The translations under genes were made by a program, and so were the position numbers. From contig CAWHEU010000025.1 in NCBI GenBank assembly GCA_963828465.1, forward strand, positions 128,001 through 192,000: DNA of 64,000 nt. Direction: 5' to 3'. This stretch comes from an uncultured Acidobacteriota bacterium. GTDB taxonomy: Bacteria; Actinomycetota; Acidimicrobiia; Spongiisociales; ZC4RG35. Positions 47,977 to 58,362 of the stretch are shown one piece after another. Numbering within the stretch: the first letter of the stretch is position 1; each line of letters begins with the position of its first letter. The notes below the pieces were generated by a model, which saw nothing but the letters and a program-made list of their open reading frames with translations, had not been told where the DNA came from and ran no database searches.

Positions 47977-48725
47977 GGAAGGTCGGATTGTAGGGAGGGG
48001 TCGGATTCTGCCCGCACCCGCATGATCTCGAAACAGGCCAGCGCCGCCGACACCGAGGCGTTGAGGCTCTCGAAGCTCGCGGCCATGGGAATCGAGACCA
48101 GCATGTCGCATCGTTTCGCGGTGAGCACGCTGAGACCTGTCCCCTCGGCTCCGACCACCACCGCCACTGGCTCGGTCAACAGCTCCAGCCCGAGGAGCGA
48201 TGTGGCAGATCGGGCCTCCAATCCAACGATCCAGACCCCCCCATCCTTGAGACGGCTCAGCGCCTCCGGTATCGAGCCCACCACAGCCACCGGGAGGGTC
48301 TCTAGGGCGCCGGCCGCCGACTTGAACGCAGTGGCCGACAACGGGGCCGCCCGTCTCGATGAAACGACCAAGCCCGTCATTCCCGAGGCGAGGGCGCTGC
48401 GAGCGATGGCGCCGACATTGTGCGGGTCTTCGATGTGGTCGAGAACGATGACGGCCGCCCCCGGGACTCCCAATTCGTCGATGGGAACCGGCAAGATCGG
48501 GGCACAATCGGCGACAACGCCTTGTGGCGCCTCGCTTTCCGCAATCGGCCGCACGTCACGGACCAATGCGGTGTTCTCGCTGCCTACATGATCGACGATT
48601 TCGGCGATCTCGGAACGGCCGAGTCTCTTCTCCTCCACCCAAAGCTTGCGGATACGGCCGCGCTGAGCGGCGGCGGCAACCGAATGGATGCCCTCGACCC
48701 TATTTCCGTAACCAGCGGGTGCCAT
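47967..48725 (-). CDS. rlmB: 23S rRNA 2'-O-methyltransferase, TrmH family
   Basis: EDPHNVGAIARS, VGAEGTG, ESLNASV. Confidence 0.9.
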   Translation of the reverse strand: MAPAGYGNRVEGIHSVAAAAQRGRIRKLWVEEKRLGRSEIAEIVDHVGSENTALVRDVRPIAESEAPQGVVADCAPILPVPIDELGVPGAAVIVLDHIEDPHNVGAIARSALASGMTGLVVSSRRAAPLSATAFKSAAGALETLPVAVVGSIPEALSRLKDGGVWIVGLEARSATSLLGLELLTEPVAVVVGAEGTGLSVLTAKRCDMLVSIPMAASFESLNASVSAALACFEIMRVRAESDPSLQSDLPPG

Positions 48726-50091
48726 CCGGGCCATCCTCCAGTGTCACCCCGGCCTTTTCCAGGCCATCCCGTATCGCGTCGGCATCATCGAACCGGCGCT
48801 CGTCACGTGCCACGGCCCGAAGCTCGACAAGCCGGTCCACCACATCGTGACCGTCACCCTCGAGACCGAATCGGCTCGGGAGGTCGCCCAGATCGAGGGT
48901 CTCCTCGACGGGCAAGCTGGCGTCATCGAGGCCGAGGACCCCCACGATTGTCTCGACTGCCCCGGCAATGGCTTCGACATCGCCGCCCTCGTCGAGGAGG
49001 CGGTTGCCGTCGCGCACGAGATCGAAGAGCAGAGAGACTGCCAGCGGCGTTCCGAAATCGTCCTCCATCACCTGCCGGAATCGGGCGATCGCCTCGGGGT
49101 CTGGCTCGCCCGGCGTGGCCCTTGCGCGGAAGCGCTGGAGCCGGTCGAGGGCGTCTTCCGACTCGGTGAGGAGCTCGTCGGAGTATTCGATCGGGGACCG
49201 GTAGTGAGCCCGCAGGAGGAGAAGACGCAGCGCCCGGCCCCCATGCTTCTCCGTGATCGAGGCCAGGTCGACGAGGACGCCGGTCGACTTCGCCATCTTC
49301 TCGCCACCGAGGTTCACCATCCCGTTGTGCAGCCAATACCTGACAAAGCTGGTGCCGGTCGCCCCCTCGCTCTGGGCGATCTCGTTCTCGTGATGAGGGA
49401 AGATGAGGTCGGTGCCGCCCCCATGGATGTCGAAGTCTTCACCCAGATACTTGGCCGCCATCGCCGAGCACTCGATGTGCCATCCTGGACGGCCCGGGCC
49501 CCATGGTGAGTCCCACCAGGGCTCACCTGGTTTCGCCGACTTCCAAAGGGCGAAGTCGAGCGGATCGTGCTTTGCCTCCTCCACCTCGATCCGCACGCCG
49601 GAGCGAAGCTCGTCAGGGTTGCGACCCGACAGCTTCCCGTAGCCCTCATCTGCCCTGACCGAGAAATAGACATCTCCTTCTGATGGATAGGCCAACCCGC
49701 GTTCGATGAGGGACCGGATCATGTCGATGATCTCAGGAATGTGCTCGGTGGCCTTGGGCTCGAGATCGGGAGGGAGGACTCCGAGCGCCTCGTAGCCGGC
49801 GGCGAATCGCGCTGCCATCCGCTCCGCCAGAACCTCGACACTCTCGTCGGCCTCCGCAGCCGCGGCGATGATCTTGTCCTCGATATCGGTGACATTGCGG
49901 ACATAGGTCACGTCGCGGCCGCTCCACATCAGATAGCGGCGGATGACGTCGAAGGCGATAGCCGATCGCCCGTGGCCGACATGAGGCTCGCTCTGTACCG
50001 TCGGACCGCAGACATAAATCGCGACTTTGCCCTCGTCCCTCGGCTCGAAGGGGACGACGGCGCGGTGAAGCGTGCTGTACAGACGGAGCAT
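48700..50091 (-). CDS. cysS: Cysteine--tRNA ligase
   Basis: [31 protein letters not shown]. Confidence 0.97.
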   Translation of the reverse strand: MLRLYSTLHRAVVPFEPRDEGKVAIYVCGPTVQSEPHVGHGRSAIAFDVIRRYLMWSGRDVTYVRNVTDIEDKIIAAAAEADESVEVLAERMAARFAAGYEALGVLPPDLEPKATEHIPEIIDMIRSLIERGLAYPSEGDVYFSVRADEGYGKLSGRNPDELRSGVRIEVEEAKHDPLDFALWKSAKPGEPWWDSPWGPGRPGWHIECSAMAAKYLGEDFDIHGGGTDLIFPHHENEIAQSEGATGTSFVRYWLHNGMVNLGGEKMAKSTGVLVDLASITEKHGGRALRLLLLRAHYRSPIEYSDELLTESEDALDRLQRFRARATPGEPDPEAIARFRQVMEDDFGTPLAVSLLFDLVRDGNRLLDEGGDVEAIAGAVETIVGVLGLDDASLPVEETLDLGDLPSRFGLEGDGHDVVDRLVELRAVARDERRFDDADAIRDGLEKAGVTLEDGPDGTRWLRK

Positions 50092-50101
50092 CGTCGAAAT
50101 C

Positions 50102-50594
50102 CTACGACAGGGCGCTGACCGTGACCACAGCAGCAGCGGCCAACCCTTCACCCCTGCCGATGAAACCCAACCCGTCGGTAGTGGTCGCTTTCACCGAGAC
50201 GAGATCGGGAACGATGCCGAGGGCACGCGGCGAGGTTGGCCCGGATCTCGCCACGATGCGGGGCGATGCGGACATCCTCGACGACGACGGTGGCGTCGAC
50301 ATGTTCGATCTGCCAACCGGCGGCGACAGCCATGACGGCGGTCTGGCCGAGAAGGTCCATTGAGTCGGCGCCTGCCAGCGTTGGGTCGCCGGAAGGGAAG
50401 TGCTCCCCGATGTCGGAGAGAACACAAGCCCCGAGGACGGCGTCAGTGACGGCATGGGCCAGCACGTCCCCATCGGAGGTGGCACTGACACCGATCGTGT
50501 CCGAGACACTGACCCCACCCACGATCAAGGGGGGCTCACCATCGAGAGGGTGCGCATCGAATCCCCATCCGACACGGGTGCCGCCCACCGGCAC
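50102..50594 (-). CDS. ispF: MEcPP synthase; frameshift near 50226
   Basis: [25 protein letters not shown]; [18 protein letters not shown] in the next frame. Confidence 0.9.
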
Positions 50595-50598
50595 TTAG

Positions 50599-51111
50599 CT
50601 ATTCCTCGTCCGATTCGATCTTGGGCAGGGCACGGTCCAGTCTCTTGATCGCCTCCTCCTCGTCGATCTCGAGACTGAAGGCCAGTTCGGAGCTGAGGGT
50701 GAGACGCGCCTTGGACAACATCCGCTTCAGCGCTGGGCTGATCCCTTTGGTCTGCTGGGCAAAAGAGAGGTCACGCACGACCTCGGCCACCTGGAAGATG
50801 TCGCCCGATGTCATCTTCTCGTTGAGCACCTTGTACCACCGGCTCCAGTTGGACCCTGCCTCCTCGGGCTCGCCCTTCAGGGATTTGAGCACATCACGAG
50901 ACTTTGTCTTGGAGATCACAGGGCGGATCAGATCGTCGACCTTGTCCAGGGGAACCATGACGGTCAGTTGCTCGGTGGCGATGTCGAGGACGAAGTAATC
51001 CTGCTTCTTCCCTCCGAACGCCTGTTTGACCTTCTTCTGGATCGTGGCGGCCCCGTGTTGGGGGTGCACCACTTTGTCTCCTACCGAGTATTTCGTTGCT
51101 GTCGCAGCCAT
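50599..51111 (-). CDS. carD: CarD transcription factor
   Basis: VGDKVVHPQHGAA, NWSRWYK, AEVVRDL. Confidence 0.93.
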   Translation of the reverse strand: MAATATKYSVGDKVVHPQHGAATIQKKVKQAFGGKKQDYFVLDIATEQLTVMVPLDKVDDLIRPVISKTKSRDVLKSLKGEPEEAGSNWSRWYKVLNEKMTSGDIFQVAEVVRDLSFAQQTKGISPALKRMLSKARLTLSSELAFSLEIDEEEAIKRLDRALPKIESDEE

Positions 51112-51142
51112 TAGCGGGAGCGGAGTGTAGGGGGGCCCTCGC

Positions 51143-52204
51143 TCAATCGAGTACCGGCTCCCATTCGTCCGCGCTGTCCCGGAGCCTGTCGAAGTAGGCA
51201 CGCAGCTGGCCGGCCCTGGTCTCGCCCACGCCTTCCACGCTGAGCAATTCGTCGACCCGGGCCTCGAGAAGGCTCGACGCAGAGCCGAAGTGCCGGATGA
51301 TGTCGTCGCGGACGGGATCAGGGAGACGGCCTACCTGGGAAAGCAGGCGATAGCCACGCGGGTCAGCGGGATCATCGATGTCGGGGAATCCCAACTCTTT
51401 ACCCACACGACTCGGGTCCTCCAGATCGGACGCGGTCATCGCACTCAGGTCCTCCATGGCCTGACGGATGGCGCTGTTGCGCAGCGGCTTGATGTAGTCC
51501 CTGAGTACCGCCTTCTTGGTGAAATCGACACCAGCGAGCAGATCACTCAGCTGGAGGTACACGATGCGCCCCTCGTCTCCCAGGGTAAGGGTGCGAGCTT
51601 CGACGACGCGGCCCAGCCGCTCCACCAGCTCGGCTCGCTGCAAAACAGTGACAGCCGATCGATATGTGGTCAATCCGGCCACTTCGACTCGGGTCAGCTT
51701 GATCTCTGCGTCGTCGAGCCGGCCGCGCAGCCGATCGAGGCTTTGGAGCTCCTGGTTGACGTGGGCGGCGACCTCGGTCGGCGATGCCAGTTCGATCTTC
51801 TGGCCTCCGTAGAAAAGCGTCGCGACCTTGCGGCCCTCGCTAACAGCGACAACCGGCTTCCCGGTCTGGACGGCCATGCGCTCCGCAGTGCGATGGCGGG
51901 CGCCGGTCTCGTCGGTGGGGATCGAGCCGTCGGGGATGAAATGCACTCCTGCCTCGAGGATGTTCGACCACGTGTCGTCGAGGACTATGCCGCCGTCCAT
52001 CTTGGAGAGCTCGGCAAGGCGGGCCGGGCTGAAGATGGCGCCATTCAAGGAGAAGCCACCTGAGCTGGCCTCATCGACCTGAGCGCCGTCGCCCAGCACG
52101 ACGAGGCCGCCCTTCCCCTGCTGGATGATGCGCTCGAGGGCTCGACGCATTGGAGTCCCCGGAGCCAATCGTTCGAGTGTCTCGGTTATCGACGGTCCAC
52201 CCAC
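51143..52204 (-). CDS. disA: Diadenylate cyclase DisA
   Basis: LAPGT, ELSKMDGG, ETGARHRTAER, C-terminal HhH (VEGVG). Confidence 0.93.
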   Translation of the reverse strand: MGGPSITETLERLAPGTPMRRALERIIQQGKGGLVVLGDGAQVDEASSGGFSLNGAIFSPARLAELSKMDGGIVLDDTWSNILEAGVHFIPDGSIPTDETGARHRTAERMAVQTGKPVVAVSEGRKVATLFYGGQKIELASPTEVAAHVNQELQSLDRLRGRLDDAEIKLTRVEVAGLTTYRSAVTVLQRAELVERLGRVVEARTLTLGDEGRIVYLQLSDLLAGVDFTKKAVLRDYIKPLRNSAIRQAMEDLSAMTASDLEDPSRVGKELGFPDIDDPADPRGYRLLSQVGRLPDPVRDDIIRHFGSASSLLEARVDELLSVEGVGETRAGQLRAYFDRLRDSADEWEPVLD

Positions 52205-52249
52205 GGGTCCAGAGTACCCGATTCAGATGACGCTCACCCAGGTGAAGTC

Positions 52250-53542
52250 CTAGAGGCCCGCGTCCGCCAGAGCCTGACCGAGACGCAGGGGCTTGCCCCC
52301 GATCGGAGCGACCCGGTGCTCCAGCCCCATCCGATCGAGCTCCTCGATCCGTCTCATCTCCATGGGTATCGACCGCACTTCCCCGGCCAGCCCGATCTCA
52401 CCCCAGGCCGCCAGCCGTCCCAGCGGACGGTCGGAGTAGGACGATGCGACGGCGAGGGCGACGGGCAGATCACAACCCGGCTCGTCGATGCGCCAGCCCC
52501 CCACCACATTCACGTAGACCTCCTTGTCGTGAAGGCTCAGCGAGCTGTGGCGATCGAGGACCGCGAGCACCTGGTTCACCCTGGTCGGATCGAGTCCCCG
52601 GATGGACCGGCGAGGTTGAGCCTGCTTCGTCGGTGAGACCAGGGCCTGGATCTCCACCAGGATCGATCGTCGGCCCTCCACGGCCGGGTAGATGACCGTT
52701 CCGGGGACCTCGGACTCCCATCCGTCGAGAAAGAGCTTGGACGGGTCTTCCACCTCGGTGAGGCCCTCGCTTCTCATGTCGAACATTCCCGACACATGGG
52801 TGGCACCGAAGCGATTCTTCGTGCTGCGGAGGACTCTGAACCCACGATCGGGGTCCCCCTCCAGATACAGCACGACATCGACCATATGCTCGAGCATCTT
52901 GGGGCCGGCGAGCCCCCCCTCCTTGGTGACGTGGCCGACCAAGACCACAGCCACGCCTGTGGTCTTGGCTAGCCGGACCAATCGGGCCGCGCTCTCACGC
53001 ACCTGAGCTACCCCACCGGGGGCTGCCCCGATCTCGGGCACACCCACTGTCTGGATCGAGTCGATGATCAGCAACGCAGGGCGTTCGCGCTCGGCGAGAG
53101 TCACGATGGCGTCGACGTCGTCGTCGGTGACAAGGCTTATCGCTTCATCTCCGATCCCGAGACGGCCCGCTCGCATGGCGACTTGATCCGCCGACTCTTC
53201 GGCGCTGGCCACCATCACCGGGTCGCCTCTACCCGCCAAGGAACCCGCCAATTGGAGGAGGAGGGTCGACTTGCCCACACCGGGCTCACCGCCAAGGAGA
53301 AGGACCGAGCCTGCCACCACCCCACCACCGAGCACGCGGTCGATCTCTCCCCAACCGGTCATTCTCCGGTCGCTCGACTGCTCCGAGGCAGCCTTGAGGC
53401 CCACTGTCGCGGCGGCCCTGACCTTTCCCAGGGCTTTGGCTTCGCCGGCGACCTCCGCCAGAGGCTCGCTCGACCCGCATTGGGGGCAAAAGCCCATCCA
53501 TTTGGCCGATCGGTGGCCGCAGATCTCGCATCTAAATGCCAT
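52250..53542 (-). CDS. radA: DNA repair protein RadA/Sms
   Basis: Zn finger CEICG..CPQC, GEPGVGKST, KNRFG. Confidence 0.96.
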   Translation of the reverse strand: MAFRCEICGHRSAKWMGFCPQCGSSEPLAEVAGEAKALGKVRAAATVGLKAASEQSSDRRMTGWGEIDRVLGGGVVAGSVLLLGGEPGVGKSTLLLQLAGSLAGRGDPVMVASAEESADQVAMRAGRLGIGDEAISLVTDDDVDAIVTLAERERPALLIIDSIQTVGVPEIGAAPGGVAQVRESAARLVRLAKTTGVAVVLVGHVTKEGGLAGPKMLEHMVDVVLYLEGDPDRGFRVLRSTKNRFGATHVSGMFDMRSEGLTEVEDPSKLFLDGWESEVPGTVIYPAVEGRRSILVEIQALVSPTKQAQPRRSIRGLDPTRVNQVLAVLDRHSSLSLHDKEVYVNVVGGWRIDEPGCDLPVALAVASSYSDRPLGRLAAWGEIGLAGEVRSIPMEMRRIEELDRMGLEHRVAPIGGKPLRLGQALADAGL

Positions 53543-53558
53543 TGTTTTCCTATCCTGG

Positions 53559-53681
53559 TTAACGATTGCGCCGTTGAACGACGAAGATCAAGACAGCTAT
53601 CAGTGCCGCGAACACGATCGTCGAGGTCAGGATTGAGGCGATCGTCCAGGGCTCATGACTTCTAATCGCCCACAAAAACAT
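53559..53681 (-). CDS. 40-aa single-pass membrane microprotein (below the ORF-track cutoff)
   Basis: MFLWAIRSHEPWTIASILTSTIVFAALIAVLIFVVQRRNR*; TATTGT-N8-ATG; stop 16 nt before the radA start. Confidence 0.6.
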   Translation of the reverse strand: MFLWAIRSHEPWTIASILTSTIVFAALIAVLIFVVQRRNR

Positions 53682-53711
53682 CCCGTGGCACAATAACTAC
53701 GAAGGAGGGAT

Positions 53712-54731
53712 GTGGCCTCTCGCAAATGTGCTCAGTGCGGCGCGGGTGTCGCGGCCGACGAACAATTCTGCCCGAACTGCGGTTCGTTCCTCGATCCGTT
53801 AGAGCCGGATGCCCCAAAGGGCCGGGAAAATGTGATCTCGGTCAGCTCCGACGGCAACTACGAAGAATTCGAGCTGAGCACCCCCCCACCCGCCGGCGAC
53901 CGCTCGAGCACGGGCCGCGGCCAGGTCACTTGCCCGTCATGTGGGGCCAACAACCCGGCCAACAACCGTCATTGCCAGGAGTGTGGCGCCCGGCTCAGCC
54001 AAGGTCCGCTCCCCACCGCACCCCGTCCTGCGGTTCAGGCGACAGCAGGCGTGCGCGCCGCCCTCGCCATCAGCGCTTTGCTGTTCGGTGTCGTCGTCAT
54101 CGCCCTGCTCTTCAACATCTTCAGTGATGACCCCGCGGCAACGGCCACCAGCACGACCCTCGCCTCGAACACCAGCACCACAATCGCCGAGCTCGCTCCG
54201 ATCGACATCCTCGACGTCGAGTGCAACCAAGAAGGCGTGGGCTCTTTCGTCTGCGACAACCTGATCGATGGGACGGAGACCGAATACCAGTTCGACTACG
54301 AGGCAGTGCCTGAGGGCGAGGCGATCACGATCAAGCTCATCTTCGACCGTCCGACCGTTGTGCAGAGGATCGACTGGGTCAACCTCGAGGATGCAACACG
54401 TCTCAAGCGGAACTACCGGGCCCGAGGCATACAGATCGCCGCCGACAACTCGCTGCAGCCGCTCCTGCATCAACTGGAAGACCTGGCGGGAAGCCAGCCG
54501 GTTGCTTTCGCCGCCCTCGACGCCACATCGATCGAGATCACGATCGAGAGTGACTACCCGGCAGAGGTGGTCGACGAGGAGAGGTTCACCGAGATGGCGA
54601 TTCAGGAGATCAGGGTCATCGGCCGCCCCGGAAGCATCACCAACGGAACCAACGGCGCCACGCCGACCACGGTGCCGGGGTCGACCACCGTGCCCCCCAC
54701 CACTGCGCCCCCGACAACGGCTGCCTCGTAG
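53712..54731 (+). CDS. Double zinc-ribbon membrane protein with extracellular beta-sandwich (discoidin-like) domain
   Basis: CAQC..CPNC and CPSC..CQEC, TM helix, NLIDG motif, Thr/Pro tail; SD AAGGAGG. Confidence 0.75.
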   Translation: MASRKCAQCGAGVAADEQFCPNCGSFLDPLEPDAPKGRENVISVSSDGNYEEFELSTPPPAGDRSSTGRGQVTCPSCGANNPANNRHCQECGARLSQGPLPTAPRPAVQATAGVRAALAISALLFGVVVIALLFNIFSDDPAATATSTTLASNTSTTIAELAPIDILDVECNQEGVGSFVCDNLIDGTETEYQFDYEAVPEGEAITIKLIFDRPTVVQRIDWVNLEDATRLKRNYRARGIQIAADNSLQPLLHQLEDLAGSQPVAFAALDATSIEITIESDYPAEVVDEERFTEMAIQEIRVIGRPGSITNGTNGATPTTVPGSTTVPPTTAPPTTAAS

Positions 54732-54742
54732 CGGCAGAGGCC

Positions 54743-55965
54743 TCAGGCGGCTTCGATATCGACCCTGAGTTTCTCCAGCCCGCGGAACACCAAAGAGTGG
54801 ATGCGCCCTGAGGCCTCCCTCAACTCGATTCCGGCAACACGAGAAGCGAAGCTCCCGAACGCGGCTTCCAGTTCCACCCGGGCCAACGGGGCACCGACGC
54901 AATAGTGGAGCCCGGCGCCGAATGACACATGGGGATTGGGCTGACGGGCCAGATCGAGACCTTCCGGGTCGTCGAAGACTTCGGGATCGTGGTTTGCCGA
55001 GCCAAAGAGGAGCCCCACTTTGGACCCCTTCGCCAAACGCACTCCGGCCACTTCCGTGTCGACAAGGACCCAGCGCTCGAACATCTGAAGCGGGGAGTCG
55101 TAGCGGAGTAGCTCGTCCACAGCCGTGTCCCGACAGCGGCCTCTCCCTGGTGCAGCCGCCGGTATTGACCATCGTCCCGGGCCAACGCCAACAGGCCGTT
55201 GCCGATCGCATGCACGGTTGCTTCGTGGCCGGCGTTGAGCGTGAGAATCGACGTCCCGACGATCTCCTCGTCGGTCAGGGTGTCCCCCGCGTCCTCCACG
55301 TCGACCATGGACGAGATCAGGTCGTCTCCCCTCCTCTTTCGCCTCATATCCACGACATCCTCGAGATAGGCGACGAAATCCCTGGTGGCGGACTCGGCGG
55401 CCTCGCCGTCGGCTTCGGAGACGTTCTGGTCGAACACCTTGACGATGGCGTGGCTCCAATCCAGGACCTGTTGATGGTCGCTGGCCGGCAGCCCCATCAA
55501 CTCGGCGATCATTGCCACCGGAATCGGCGTCGCAAAGTCCTCTATGACGTCGAGGGTGCCTCGACTCCAGGGCTCGGTCGACGATATTGGCGGCCGCCTC
55601 CTCCAATCTGGGTCGGAAAGCCTCAGACGATCGCCGTGTGAACGCCTTGGAGACGAGACGGCGGAGACGGGTGTGACGGGGTGGTTCGAGATCGATGAAG
55701 GACTCCCGGATGTATCGAGCCCACGTCGGCCACTGGGCGGGTAGATACGGCGGTAGAGATCCTGGTCGACCTCATCGGGCTCGAGCCGGTGACGGAAGTC
55801 ACGCCCGAAGCGATCCCGATCCTTGAGGATGGCCGCGACGTCGTCGTGGCGGGTGAAGAAGGTGAGCTCCCAGGTCGCGTCATAGAACGCCGGTGACTCC
55901 TCACGGAGCCGGGCATATGTCGGATAGGGGTCGTCGAGGAACTCAGATGAGTACGGGTCGAACAT
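54743..55965 (-). CDS. Cytochrome P450; several frameshifts
   Basis: DPYPTYARLR, AGHEAT, ELLRYDSP, FGAGLHYCVG spread over frames. Confidence 0.88.
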
Positions 55966-55983
55966 CTGCCTCCGGGCGAGACC

Positions 55984-57247
55984 CTATCGGGCCTCGCCCT
56001 TGGCGTATCGGGCGCCATCGGCCGCCGGCATTCGAAGATGTTGGGAGGCTGCGGCCAGGACGAGGAGCGTGATCACATAGGGGAGAGCGGCGAGCAGCTG
56101 ATTGGAGACCTCCACGACCTGCAGGTAGTAGACGAGGAAGGCGGCGCCGATCACGATCTGGATGATTGCGGCGCGCAATCTCGAGCGAACAGCGGAATAG
56201 ACCCCAAAGGCGATCAGCCCGATCGCAACGGCGAGGATGAACGACTTCACCACCTCCGGCCCACGGAAGCGAAGCGAGTCGCCAAAGCCGAAGACGAGGG
56301 ACCCACCAAGGACCCCAACCGGCATCCAGTTGCCGAAGATCAAGGCACCAAGGCCTATGAAGCCCCGGCCCCCGGTCATCCCCTCCCGGTAGATCCCGGC
56401 CTGGACCAGGACAAGGAAGGCGCCGGCCAGACCGGACAGCATGCCGGAGATGATCACGCCGTAGTACTTCATCCGCAGCACCCGAACACCAAGCGACTCG
56501 GCCGCCCATGGGTCCTCGCCACAGGACCGAAGACGAAGGCCCCAGGGCGTCTTCCACAACAGCCAGGCGGTGATCGGCACCAGGGCGAGTCCCAGCAGAG
56601 TGAGCCAGTTGATCCCGCCGGTGAAACCTCGGAGTATCCCGGCAACGTCGGAGAGGAAGAACAGCTCCAGGTTCTCCAGCCATCCGAAGAAATCCGGGCT
56701 GCTCCAGCCAAAGAGCTGACCGCCGGCGAGGACGGGTAGATCGATGTTGGGGAGACCGTCGATCGGGGGCGACTGGATGACCGAGCCTCCGGTCTCGGGG
56801 GTGTAGACGATGGAGGAGAGGAATCGCATGGCACCGAGCCCGAGGATGTTGATGGCGACGCCGGAGACGATGTGGTCGACGTTGAAGGTCACGGTCGCAA
56901 GGGCGTGGAGAAGGCCGAAGACGGCGCCACCCAGCACGCCAAGGATGACTCCCTCCCATGGGCCGAACATCCAGGCACCCCATGCCGCGAACCAGGTGCC
57001 GCTGATCATCATGCCCTCGAGACCGATGTTGACCACCCCGGAACGCTCCGAATAGAGACCACCCAGTCCAGCGAGAAGAATTGGTATCGCCAGCCGGAGG
57101 GCGGCGCTGGCCGTGCTCCGGGAGGTCAGGTCGGAAGTGCCGGTGACCAGCTCGGCGATGAGTCATGACCAGGACAGCGGCTACGGCGATCATCACGACC
57201 CGCACGCCCCGATCGGCCTTCCGATAGCGATCGACCAGAGTGCTCAT
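55984..57247 (-). CDS. Nucleoside-type ABC permease; frameshift near the 5' end
   Basis: SERSGVVNIGLEGMM, GLRLRSCGE, GRGFIGLGA. Confidence 0.88.
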
Positions 57248-58362
57248 GCCGCCTCCGCCGAGGTGACCGGGTCGAAGTCGGTTGCCGCCGCCGCCGAGGC
57301 AATGACGCGGCGCTGGACGTACTTCGAGATGACCTCGTAGACGATGACCACGGCGAGCACGACGATCCCCTGAATGATCGTGACGATCTCCTTCGGCACA
57401 TCCCTGAGGTCCAGGATCAACGCCGACCTCTGCATGAACCCGAACAGGAGGGCGCCGAAGGCCATGCCCACCGCGTTGTTCCTTCCCAGCAAGGCCACGG
57501 CGATGCCGTTGAACCCGTAGTTGCGGGGGAAGTCCTGCGGGTACTGGTGGTAGAAACCGAGGAGCGGCGCGATCCCGACCAGACCGGCCAGCCCTCCCGA
57601 GATGAGCATCGTCCTGATGATCATCTTCTTGGGGTCGACGCCGCTTGCGTTGGCCGCCGTCGGGTTGATCCCGCTCGCTCGGAGGTCGTATCCGAAGCGA
57701 CTCTTGTTGACCAGATAGTGATACCCCACACCGAGGGCGATGGCGATGATGAGAAACCCTTGGAGGTTTGCCCCGGCCCTGACCTCGATCCCGAACGCCG
57801 CCAGCAGCGGGGTGAGAGAAGGTATCCAGCCCGACTCGGGGATCAGATCGGTCGCAATGGTGAGACCGGCGGTCTCTGCCCGGAACACATTGAGGAACAG
57901 GTAGGCGCTGAGGGCAAACGCGATGTAGTTGAGCATGATCGTCGCGATCACCTCATGGACACCGCGCTTCACCTTGAGATAGGCCGGGATCCATGCCCAG
58001 CCGGCGCCGACCAGGACCGCCACCAGGAGGATCGCGGTCACATGAAGGACCGGTGTAGTCGAGATCTGCGCCCCGACGTACGCGGCGAACAACGAGGCGA
58101 GCAGGTAGGTGCCCTCGACGCCGATGTTGAACAGCCCCATCTTGAATCCGACCGCCACGGCGAGAGCAGAGACGAACAGAGGGATGGCGTTGTTGACCGT
58201 GATGATCAGCGACTCGGCGGTGGTCCCGAAAACCCACATCTCCTTGTAGGCAGTGAGGGGATCGATGCCGACCAGCAGCAGGGCGATGGCGGCGAAGCCG
58301 AAGGCGATGATGAGGGCGATCGCCGGCGCCACCACCGCGGTAAGGAACCTCCCGGACTTCAC
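57244..58362 (-). CDS. Nucleoside-type ABC permease
   Basis: GLFNIGVEG, HEVIATIMLN, GFNGIAVALLG. Confidence 0.9.
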   Translation of the reverse strand: MKSGRFLTAVVAPAIALIIAFGFAAIALLLVGIDPLTAYKEMWVFGTTAESLIITVNNAIPLFVSALAVAVGFKMGLFNIGVEGTYLLASLFAAYVGAQISTTPVLHVTAILLVAVLVGAGWAWIPAYLKVKRGVHEVIATIMLNYIAFALSAYLFLNVFRAETAGLTIATDLIPESGWIPSLTPLLAAFGIEVRAGANLQGFLIIAIALGVGYHYLVNKSRFGYDLRASGINPTAANASGVDPKKMIIRTMLISGGLAGLVGIAPLLGFYHQYPQDFPRNYGFNGIAVALLGRNNAVGMAFGALLFGFMQRSALILDLRDVPKEIVTIIQGIVVLAVVIVYEVISKYVQRRVIASAAAATDFDPVTSAEAA

